A stretch of DNA of 49,354 nucleotides from NCBI GenBank assembly GCA_037135015.1, contig JBAXLC010000001.1, positions 1 to 49,354 of the forward strand. The letters are read 5' to 3'. Both the position numbers and the translations under genes were made by a program. Below the pieces are notes generated by a model that was not told the origin of the DNA, did not search any database, and saw only the letters and a list, made by a program, of their open reading frames with translations. Shown one piece after another: positions 17,622 through 25,885 of this stretch. Each line of letters opens with the position of its first letter. The stretch's first letter is position 1. The DNA is from a bacterium (GTDB taxonomy: Bacteria; Chloroflexota; Limnocylindria; Limnocylindrales; Limnocylindraceae).

Positions 17622-17774
17622 GCTCAGTTATTACCGCTCTCGCGGGTCAACTAGGCGTTGACCTCGTGAGAGGCGGCGGTACAACTGTCATTTGACACTG
17701 CACACCACCTCCTTTCGTCTGCGGCGAACGATACGCCTCCGCAGGGTCGGGCGCAAGTACCGCGGGGCGAACCG

Positions 17775-18992
17775 CTACTTAAAGGCGTTGAGCGCCGCCT
17801 CCAGCACCGGGTCGGTCTCTGAGCCCTCAGGGGCCGCGGACACCGCAATGTCTGGTACCAGGCCAATCTTGTGGATCCAGCGCCCGCTTGGCGTCAGCCA
17901 CTTCGCAATCGTGAGCTTCAGGCCCGACCCATCACTCAGGTCAATGAAGGTCTGCACAACGCCCTTACCAAAACTGGTCTCTCCGATGAGAATCGCTCGT
18001 CCACGATCCTGTAGTGCGCCAGCAAGGATCTCGCTTGCCGATGCACTCCCCTTGTTGATCAGTACGACAAGCTGAATGGCGGCATCAGTAGCGATGCCGC
18101 CACCCTGCGCGGAGGTGCTGGACTGCTCGCCCTTACTGTTCTCTTCGATGTAGACCACACCGTCGGCAATGAATTCACTAGCGATAGAGAGCGCCGTGGA
18201 GAGATATCCACCCGGATCATCACGCAGGTCCAGAACAATCTTGTTGCCACCGGCATCAACGATCTTCTGGAGCGCATCACGGAATTGTCCGGCAGCGATG
18301 TCGGTAAATTCGTTCAGCGCAACGTAGTCAACGCGATCCCCAGCGGCTGTCTGCAGCTGCTTAGTCGTGACTGCTGGAAGTTCAATCTTGGCACGAACGA
18401 TTGAGACATCGCGCGGCGCAGCGGTGCCCGTAAGAACAGTCATCACAACCGTTGTCCCCTCCGCGCCACGCACCTTGAGGACCGCCTGGTCAACGGAGAG
18501 CCCCGCCAGCGCATCACCATCAACGGCGAGGAACTTGTCACCACTGAGGATCCCTGCGGCACGCGCGGGCGCGCCATCAATCGTTGAGGCAACAGTAAGG
18601 AGACAATCAGCGCTGATCGCAGTACAGAGCTCACCCGCCGATGTGCGCAGGTCAATCACAGCGCCGATGCCGGTGAAGCTCCCTGAGAGACCCTCCTTCA
18701 TAGAGGCCATCTCTTCAGCGGTGAGGTATTGGGAGTACGGATCATCTAACGAGTTGACGAGACCCTTGATTGCGCCGTTGAGGAGATCTTCGTCTGTCTC
18801 CGTACCAACATGCTGCTCTTGAATAAGGGTGAGCACTTCGTTGAAGCGTGCAAGATCGAGCGTACCGTTTCCTTGCGCGGTGTTGTCACTTGAACGCAGC
18901 CCAGCGTTATACGCGACGACGGCAATAACGATGGCGAGAAGGAGGCGACCAGCTCGCGTGAAGAGTGGTGTTCCGTTTGGCGTCAAGCTCAT
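17775..18992 (-). CDS. S41 family carboxy-terminal processing protease (PDZ domain)
   Basis: N-terminal TM anchor. DPYSQYLTAEE, a PDZ-like GDKFLAVDG, and a catalytic region VLINKGSASASEILAGALQD...GETSFGKG. Confidence 0.9.
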   Translation of the reverse strand: MSLTPNGTPLFTRAGRLLLAIVIAVVAYNAGLRSSDNTAQGNGTLDLARFNEVLTLIQEQHVGTETDEDLLNGAIKGLVNSLDDPYSQYLTAEEMASMKEGLSGSFTGIGAVIDLRTSAGELCTAISADCLLTVASTIDGAPARAAGILSGDKFLAVDGDALAGLSVDQAVLKVRGAEGTTVVMTVLTGTAAPRDVSIVRAKIELPAVTTKQLQTAAGDRVDYVALNEFTDIAAGQFRDALQKIVDAGGNKIVLDLRDDPGGYLSTALSIASEFIADGVVYIEENSKGEQSSTSAQGGGIATDAAIQLVVLINKGSASASEILAGALQDRGRAILIGETSFGKGVVQTFIDLSDGSGLKLTIAKWLTPSGRWIHKIGLVPDIAVSAAPEGSETDPVLEAALNAFK

Positions 18993-19020
18993 GGTGGTGC
19001 TCCTTCGCTGTGCGTGGCGA

Positions 19021-19944
19021 CTAGTTCAGTCGCCCTCGCAGAGAGAGTAGCGCGCCGAGCGCCCCAAGGCCGAGCCCCGCGGCGATCACCGAGAGCGAGA
19101 CCTGCCCAGCGAGGATCGCCGACGTTTGAACAGGAAGGACACGGAAGAGGTTCAGCATGACAGCGCCAATGCTGGCGCTCAGAATGCCGAAGATGAAGAG
19201 CGTGATCAGTGCTCCAGCGGCGCCGATCGCGAGCCCCTCGAGAATGAATGGCAGGCGGACCCAGGTGGCGCTCGCGCCAACGATGCGCATGATGGCAATC
19301 TCATCGCTTCGCGCCAGGATGGCGAGCCGGATGGCATTGACGACCACGGCAAGCACGGCAAGTGAGAAGCCGATCACGATGATCAGCCCGACGATGCGCA
19401 GAGCACTAGTAATGGCGACGAGACTCTCCGCAAGCGCGCGCCCATCAATGATGCGACTAAAAGAGGAGGCCGCGGTGATCGAGGCGAGGCCGTCGGCAAC
19501 CCGGCCTGTATCTGCAGGGTTATCTAGGGCGATCTCGTAGCTGGCGGGGAGCGGGTTTACGCCAAGGTTGCCGGTAAGGTCTGGCTCGCCACGTTCCTTC
19601 AGGCGCACCTTAAAGGCGGCAAGCGCATCGTCGGCGCTGACATAGGTAGCCCCCTTCACCCCGTCAATTCCCTCAATCTGAACCTGAATCGAGCGCGCTT
19701 CGCTCTCGGTGACAGAGCTCTTCAGATAGGCAATGACCTCAACTTTTGAGTCGGCATATGAGAGCGCTGCATCAAGCCCCGCGCGAATCACCAGCACCGA
19801 GGCGAGGACCATGAGCATCAGCGCCATGGTCGTTGTGGCTGCGATCGTTGCCAGCCGATTACGAGAGAGCCCATTCGCCGCGGCAGAGATGCTCAGCCGA
19901 ATGAGCCGGCCGCGATTTGATGGGCTTTCGTGCTGCACGCCCAT
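19021..19944 (-). CDS. ftsX: cell division permease-like protein FtsX
   Basis: 307 aa. TM1, an extracellular domain, then three C-terminal TM helices. Its start overlaps the ftsE stop (TGATG). Confidence 0.88.
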   Translation of the reverse strand: MGVQHESPSNRGRLIRLSISAAANGLSRNRLATIAATTTMALMLMVLASVLVIRAGLDAALSYADSKVEVIAYLKSSVTESEARSIQVQIEGIDGVKGATYVSADDALAAFKVRLKERGEPDLTGNLGVNPLPASYEIALDNPADTGRVADGLASITAASSFSRIIDGRALAESLVAITSALRIVGLIIVIGFSLAVLAVVVNAIRLAILARSDEIAIMRIVGASATWVRLPFILEGLAIGAAGALITLFIFGILSASIGAVMLNLFRVLPVQTSAILAGQVSLSVIAAGLGLGALGALLSLRGRLN

Positions 19945-20669
19945 CAGCCGACCCGGTGATACGTGGCATTCGCTTCGTCGCGAATGAGGCGACCACCCTC
20001 GAGGCCGATCACACGGCGGCGCAGGGTGGTGACGATGTCCGAGTCATGCGTTGCCACCAACACCGTGACACCGAGCCGATTGATGTCCATCAAGAGCTCC
20101 ATGATCTCCCAGCTAATCAACGGGTCAAGGTTGCCCGTTGGCTCATCTGCGATGAGCAGCTCTGGGTCACCAACAATGGCGCGCGCAATCGCGGTGCGCT
20201 GCTGTTCGCCGCCAGAGAGTTCAGACGGGTAGCGATCGGCGAGACTCGCCAAGCCAACAATGCGTAGTGCGCGATCTGTTGCGGTGGCAACATGCTCTGG
20301 CGCGGCCCCGGTCACCTCAAGGGCAAAAGCAACGTTCTCGCGAACGGTTCGTCGCGGCAAGAGGCGGAAGTCCTGAAAGACGACGCCGATCCGACGACGG
20401 AGCTTCGGCACCTCACCTCCAGAGAGGCGATGAACTGGAAATCCTGCAACGTACACCTCGCCCGCTGTCGGGAGCACGTCGCGAACCAAGAGTCCGATCA
20501 AGGTGGACTTTCCGGCACCAGATGGTCCAACAAGGAAGGCGAATTCGCCGCGCTGAATCGTGAGGCTCACATCACCGAGGGCAATGTGGCCGCTCGGGTA
20601 GGTCACAGAGATACCTTGCAAGTCAACGACAGCGCCCTCACTCGCACCAAGATCTACTGCGTTGCTCAT
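19944..20669 (-). CDS. ftsE: cell division ABC ATPase FtsE
   Basis: Walker A GPSGAGKST, signature LSGGEQQR, Walker B LLIADEPTGNLD. Paired with ftsX. Confidence 0.92.
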   Translation of the reverse strand: MSNAVDLGASEGAVVDLQGISVTYPSGHIALGDVSLTIQRGEFAFLVGPSGAGKSTLIGLLVRDVLPTAGEVYVAGFPVHRLSGGEVPKLRRRIGVVFQDFRLLPRRTVRENVAFALEVTGAAPEHVATATDRALRIVGLASLADRYPSELSGGEQQRTAIARAIVGDPELLIADEPTGNLDPLISWEIMELLMDINRLGVTVLVATHDSDIVTTLRRRVIGLEGGRLIRDEANATYHRVG

Positions 20670-20678
20670 CGGCTGATC

Positions 20679-21810
20679 CTACTCCTCATCCACGCTGCCG
20701 CCAGCGAGCGGTGCCCCAGTGGAGACACGCTCTAGCTCAGCGAGGATGAATGCATCAAAGTCGCCATCAAGCACACCAACGGTGTCTGAGGTCTGATGGC
20801 CGGTGCGGTGGTCCTTCACCATTTGGTACGGATGCAGCACGTAACTACGAATCTGGTTCCCCCAGCCGGCAGAGATCGTTTCACCGCGCACGCGGGCTAG
20901 CTCATCTTCGCGCGCGCGAATTTTTAGTTCAATCAGTTTTCCGCGCAACATCCGTTCAGCTGTCTCACGGTTCTGCATTTGTGAACGCTGGTTCTGACTC
21001 GAGACGACGGAGTTTGTTGGAAGGTGGGTGAGGCGCACGGCCGACTCCGTTTTGTTTACGTGCTGGCCACCGGCGCCACTGGAGCGATACGTATCAACGC
21101 GAATCTCATCCCAGTTGAGCGTTACCTCGGCGTCATCCTCGACCTCGGGGATCACTTCAAACATCGCAAAGGTGGTTTGTCGGCGCTTCTGCCCATCGAA
21201 TGGGGAGATGCGCACGAGGCGATGCACGCCGCGCTCAGCGCGGAGCCAACCGAAGGCGTTGCGGCCGCGAATCTCTAGAACAACGCTGCGATATCCCGCA
21301 CCTTCGCCATCAGTGGAGTCCACGATCTCTGTCGCGAAGCTATGTCGTTCAGCCCAACGCATGTAGGCGCGCAACAGTATGGCGGTCCAATCACACGCCT
21401 CGGTGCCGCCGGCACCCGCTTGAAGGGTGACGATGGCGTCAGCGTCAGCGTACTCACCACTAAAGAGGAGTGAGGTGCGCGCCTTCTCGAAGTCGCGCTC
21501 AAGGAGTGCCGCCTTCGTGGACACCTCGTCTTGCAGCCCCTGGTCACCCTCTGATTCGGCGAGTTCAAAGAGTTCGCCGAGGTCGCGCGCGGCTGTGGTG
21601 AGCTCCCGCCAGAGGGTCAGCTCCTCGCGTAGCCCCTCCGCCTCACGGGCGAGCCGTCGGGCGACCCGCTGGTCGTCCCAGAAGCCCGGGGCGAGCATCG
21701 CCGCCTCAATCTCAGCCAGGCGCGCTGCCTTTGTTACAGGGTCAAAGACGCCCCGAGGTTGCCTCGATGCGGCCGAGGAGGTCCCGCAGGGAGGCGGCGT
21801 CGACGCTCAC
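20679..21810 (-). CDS. prfB: peptide chain release factor 2, with programmed +1 frameshift
   Basis: Frame 0 runs from GTG 21810 (MSVDAASLRDLLGRIEATSGRL) to CTT TGA C at 21747-21741, preceded by the SD-like GGGG. The +1 frame continues DPVTKAARLAEIEAAMLAPGFWDDQ. SPF and GGQ motifs are present downstream. Confidence 0.93.
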
Positions 21811-21864
21811 CCTGCACCCTCACCCAGCCGAACCGCGGCATCCACGGGGGACTTGCTGCTCACG

Positions 21865-24573
21865 CTATGCACCATGGCACTTCTTGTACTTCTTCCCAGA
21901 GCCACAAGGGCACGGGTCGTTCCGCCCGACCGTGGCGGCGGCTGCAACAGGCGCCTTTGGTGCTGGGGCCGACGTGGTGTTCGCTGCGCTGGTGGCGACG
22001 ACCTTGGGGCGCGGCGCCTCTTGCTGCACCACGCTGACGCGCAAGATCGATCGGCCGATGCTGACGCGAATCAACCCCTGGAACTCGTCATACAGCTTGA
22101 ACGCCTCTTTCTTAAAGGCATTCAGTGGATCCTCTTGGGCGTATCCACGCAGTCCGATACCGCGACGCAGATCATCCACCTCAGTGAGATGTTCAACCCA
22201 GAGCTGGTCGATGCTGCGCAAGATCACGGCGCGCAAGACGCGCGGCCAAATTTCTGGGCCAAACTCTTCTGCCTTCTTGTTGAGCGCCGCAAGTGCGGCA
22301 ACCTCAATCGCATCAATGAGGATCGCATCCTCAACGATGTTCTCGAGGTTTTCTGGCGGCTCAATTCCCGCTCGTCGCAGGTCACCCTTGAGCGCCTCAA
22401 CATTCCAGTCGGCTGGAACGCCGGGAGGGCAGTGCGTCATGACGATGGATCGCGCCTCTGCGCTGAGTGAATCCTCAACGGTCAGGTTGAGATCGTCGCC
22501 GTGCAACACGCGATCACGTTCGCCGTAGACGGTGGCGCGCTGCTTGTTGATGACGTCGTCAAACTCCACGACGCGCTTACGAATGTCAAAGTTGTACCCC
22601 TCAACGCGCGTCTGTGCCCCTTCAATCGTGCGGCTGACCATGGACGACTCAAGCGCCTGCGTCTCATCAAAGCCGAGGCGATCCATCAGGCTGACGACAC
22701 GTTCGCCAGCGAAGCGCTTCATTAGGTCGTCTTCGAGTGAGAGGTAGAAGCGTGAAGAGCCCGGATCGCCTTGGCGGCCAGCGCGGCCACGGAGCTGGTT
22801 ATCAATACGGCGTGACTCATGTCGCTCGGTGCCAAGAATGCGAAGGCCACCAGCCGCGAGAACGATCTCGCGATCTATTGCGCAGGAGCGCTCCGCCTCA
22901 GCGAGCACCTCTGCGTACGTCGCCGCGTCAACCTCGGCAGGATTGAGTCCGCGCACGCGCAGCGCCTCAGAGGCGAGCCCAGCTGGGTTACCACCGAGCA
23001 CGATGTCGGTTCCGCGGCCGGCCATGTTGGTAGCGATCGTCACTGCACCACTGCGACCCGCCTGTGCAACAACGGGCGCCTCGCGCTCATGCTGCTTAGC
23101 ATTCAGGACGTTGTGAGGAATCCCCTCGCGCTTCAGGAGACCAGCGAGGTGTTCAGAGCGCTCAACCGACGTGGTCCCGACAAGCACCGGCTGACCAGCG
23201 GCGCGCCGCTCTTTAATGTGCTCCACGATCGCGCCATCCTTGGCACGTTCCGTGCGGTAAACAAGATCAGCCTGGTCGTCGCGCACCATCGGCCGGTGGG
23301 TTGGGATGGCGGCGACCTCAAGGTTGTAGATCTTGCTGAACTCCTCGGCTTCGGTCATGGCGGTACCAGTCATGCCGGCGAGCTTGCCGTAGAGACGGAA
23401 GTAGTTCTGGAAGGTGATCGTGGCAAGCGTTACCGACTCGCGCTGCACATGGAGACCCTCTTTGGCCTCAACGGCTTGATGTAAACCTTCGGACCAGCGC
23501 CGCCCCGGCATCTTGCGACCAGTAAATTCGTCAACGATGACAATCTCACCCTCTTCAACAATGTAGTCGCGATCACGCTTGAAGAGCGCATGTGCGCGGA
23601 GCGCTGATTCAAAGTGTCGCGCCATCAGTGGATCACCGCTGTAGAGATTCTCAATGCCGAGCATCTGCTCGACGCGAGCGACGCCATCCTCGGTTGGGGA
23701 AACCGCTTTCTCCTTCTCGTCGAGGAAGTAGTCGCCACCCGCCTCTGCACCGGTATCGCGCGCGCGCAGGCGTGGCACAAGCTTTGAGAATGTTGCGTAG
23801 AGATCCTGCGATTCTGCCGCTTGACCGCTGATGATGAGCGGTGTCCGCGCTTCGTCGATCAAGATGTTGTCGACCTCGTCGACGATGGCGAAGGCGTGCC
23901 CGCGTTGCACGCGCGCCTCGAGCTCGGTGACCATGTTGTCGCGCAGGTAGTCGAATCCAAACTCATTGTTCGTGCCGTAGGTCACATCGGCGGCATACGC
24001 CTCACGTCGAGTGACAGGGCGCAGTTTGGCGGTCTGCTCGTCGCTGCTGTGGTGTTCGGGATCAAACAGATAGGAGCTGTCGTGTGCGATCACGCCGATG
24101 CTGAGACCCATGAAGGCGAAGATCGGGCCCATCCAACGCGCGTCGCGACGGGCAAGGTAATCGTTCACAGTTACCACATGCACGCCGCGGCCACCAACAG
24201 CGTTGACGGTGGCACCGAGCGGACCAACGAGCGTCTTCCCTTCACCGGTGCGCATCTCGGCGATCTTCCCCTGGTGGAGCACGATGGCCCCGAGGATCTG
24301 CTCGTCGTACGGGCGCATGCCAGTGGTACGGCGTGATGCTTCGCGAGCGGCGGCGAGGATTTCAGGCAACTCTTTGTCGAGCGCCGTCTTTAGCGCGTCG
24401 CCTTCGAGTGTGCGCAGAACGGCGGAGATCGCGTCAATGCGCGCACGAATCTCACCGTCGCTTGCCGCCTCCATCTCGTTGGCGCGTGCGTTAACGGCGT
24501 CAAGGATTGGCTGGAGGCGACCGAGCTCGCGGTCGTTTGAATCTACAAGTCGGGAGAGAAAGCCAAAGACCAT
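21865..24573 (-). CDS. secA: preprotein translocase ATPase SecA
   Basis: 902 aa. MRTGEGKTLV, a DEAD-like DEVDNILIDEARTPLIISG, and a C-terminal zinc motif CPCGSGKKYKKCHG. Confidence 0.97.
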   Translation of the reverse strand: MVFGFLSRLVDSNDRELGRLQPILDAVNARANEMEAASDGEIRARIDAISAVLRTLEGDALKTALDKELPEILAAAREASRRTTGMRPYDEQILGAIVLHQGKIAEMRTGEGKTLVGPLGATVNAVGGRGVHVVTVNDYLARRDARWMGPIFAFMGLSIGVIAHDSSYLFDPEHHSSDEQTAKLRPVTRREAYAADVTYGTNNEFGFDYLRDNMVTELEARVQRGHAFAIVDEVDNILIDEARTPLIISGQAAESQDLYATFSKLVPRLRARDTGAEAGGDYFLDEKEKAVSPTEDGVARVEQMLGIENLYSGDPLMARHFESALRAHALFKRDRDYIVEEGEIVIVDEFTGRKMPGRRWSEGLHQAVEAKEGLHVQRESVTLATITFQNYFRLYGKLAGMTGTAMTEAEEFSKIYNLEVAAIPTHRPMVRDDQADLVYRTERAKDGAIVEHIKERRAAGQPVLVGTTSVERSEHLAGLLKREGIPHNVLNAKQHEREAPVVAQAGRSGAVTIATNMAGRGTDIVLGGNPAGLASEALRVRGLNPAEVDAATYAEVLAEAERSCAIDREIVLAAGGLRILGTERHESRRIDNQLRGRAGRQGDPGSSRFYLSLEDDLMKRFAGERVVSLMDRLGFDETQALESSMVSRTIEGAQTRVEGYNFDIRKRVVEFDDVINKQRATVYGERDRVLHGDDLNLTVEDSLSAEARSIVMTHCPPGVPADWNVEALKGDLRRAGIEPPENLENIVEDAILIDAIEVAALAALNKKAEEFGPEIWPRVLRAVILRSIDQLWVEHLTEVDDLRRGIGLRGYAQEDPLNAFKKEAFKLYDEFQGLIRVSIGRSILRVSVVQQEAPRPKVVATSAANTTSAPAPKAPVAAAATVGRNDPCPCGSGKKYKKCHGA

Positions 24574-24586
24574 CGCTAGCGGAGGC

Positions 24587-24820
24587 CTAGCGCCAGAATC
24601 CGGCGGAGTACCCGATCACCAGGATGCCAAACGTAAGCGCGGCGAGCACAACCCAGAAGAGGGCACTTACCGGCCTGCTGGTCGGATTCATTTCAGGATT
24701 ACTCATTGGCGCGGCGTTCCATCGCGGGCTGCGCAGCGATGCGCGCCAGTCGACGTTCTTCTCAGGAGCGCGCGCAACAATTGCGCCACGCTCGTCAGGG
24801 CGATGCAGCTTTAGTGTCAT
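24587..24820 (-). CDS. small hypothetical membrane protein
   Basis: 77-aa ORF. ATGA overlap with the prs stop, and it ends 13 nt before secA. One C-terminal TM helix (ALFWVVLAALTFGILVIGY). No family recognised. Confidence 0.4.
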   Translation of the reverse strand: MTLKLHRPDERGAIVARAPEKNVDWRASLRSPRWNAAPMSNPEMNPTSRPVSALFWVVLAALTFGILVIGYSAGFWR

Positions 24821-25854
24821 CGCCGAGTTCGCCTCGCGCTTGACGGAACCGTTGAGACTGGGCCCGTCTGATTCTCATCCCAGAAGAGCATCTCTTCAGC
24901 GGTAGCCGACTCTTTACCGAAGAGGGCGCCGACTGACTCGCCGAGATGAATACGTCGGATGGCCTCACCGAAGAGTGGCGCAGAGGAGAGGCGCTTGATT
25001 TTCGTGCTCTTTGCCCCGACCGGCATTGGGATGGAGTCGGTCACCGCTACCTCGACGACGTTGCAGTTTTCGATGCGCTCAATGGCTGGACCAGAGAAGA
25101 CGCCATGTGTAGCGCACGCCGTTACCTCAATCGCGCCGGCCTTCTCAATTGCACGGACAATTTCCGTAAGCGTTCCAGCGGTGTCAATCTCGTCGTCGAC
25201 GATGACCACGCGCTTCCCCTTCACGTCACCGATGACGTTCAGCACCTCGGCCTGGTCGTTGTTCCCCTCGCGTCGCTTCTCCACAATGGCGAGCGGCGCA
25301 TTAAGGAGTTCAGCGAAGGTGCGCGCACGCTTGGCGAACCCGAGGTCGGTGACGACGACGAGGTTCTCGGTGCCGCGCTGGCGCATGTAGTTGGAGAGAA
25401 GGTGCACCGCGGTCAGCTCGTCGACAGGAACGTTGAAGAATCCCTGTAGCTGGCCCTGGTGTAGGTCGAGGGTGAGGATGCGGTTCGCACCAGCAACCTG
25501 CAGCATGTCGGCGACAAGACGCGCGGTGATTGGTACGCGCGGCTGATCCTTCTTGTCGGAGCGGCCGTAGCCGTAGTACGGAATGACGGCGGTAATGCGG
25601 CCGGCCGACGCGCGCTTGAATGCGTCGATCATGATTAGGAGCTCCATGATGGAGGTGCTCACCGGTCGCGATGTTGGCTGAACAATGAAGACATCTTTCT
25701 CACGGGCGTTGTCGAGAATCTTGACGAAGATGTTCTCGTTGGCGAAGGCGAAGACTTCTGCCTTGCCGATCTGCCGCCCGAGATAGCGGGCAATCTTTGC
25801 CGCAAGTTCAGGGTTGGCGTTCCCCGTGTAGACGTCGATCGAATCTGCCCTCAT
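24817..25854 (-). CDS. prs: ribose-phosphate pyrophosphokinase
   Basis: NANPELAAKIA...FIVQPTS...VIPYYGYGRSDKK...VVIVDDEIDTAGT matches PRPP synthase. Carries a ~30-aa C-terminal extension. Confidence 0.95.
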   Translation of the reverse strand: MRADSIDVYTGNANPELAAKIARYLGRQIGKAEVFAFANENIFVKILDNAREKDVFIVQPTSRPVSTSIMELLIMIDAFKRASAGRITAVIPYYGYGRSDKKDQPRVPITARLVADMLQVAGANRILTLDLHQGQLQGFFNVPVDELTAVHLLSNYMRQRGTENLVVVTDLGFAKRARTFAELLNAPLAIVEKRREGNNDQAEVLNVIGDVKGKRVVIVDDEIDTAGTLTEIVRAIEKAGAIEVTACATHGVFSGPAIERIENCNVVEVAVTDSIPMPVGAKSTKIKRLSSAPLFGEAIRRIHLGESVGALFGKESATAEEMLFWDENQTGPVSTVPSSARRTRR

Positions 25855-25885
25855 CGCCGTCCTCCGCTCTCTGGACGGGTCACTG

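Noticed and set aside
21427-22528. 347-aa and 265-aa plus-strand ORFs antisense to prfB/secA
   Set aside because: These are shadow frames opposite well-conserved SecA and RF2 sequence, with Ser/Arg/Ala-rich composition.
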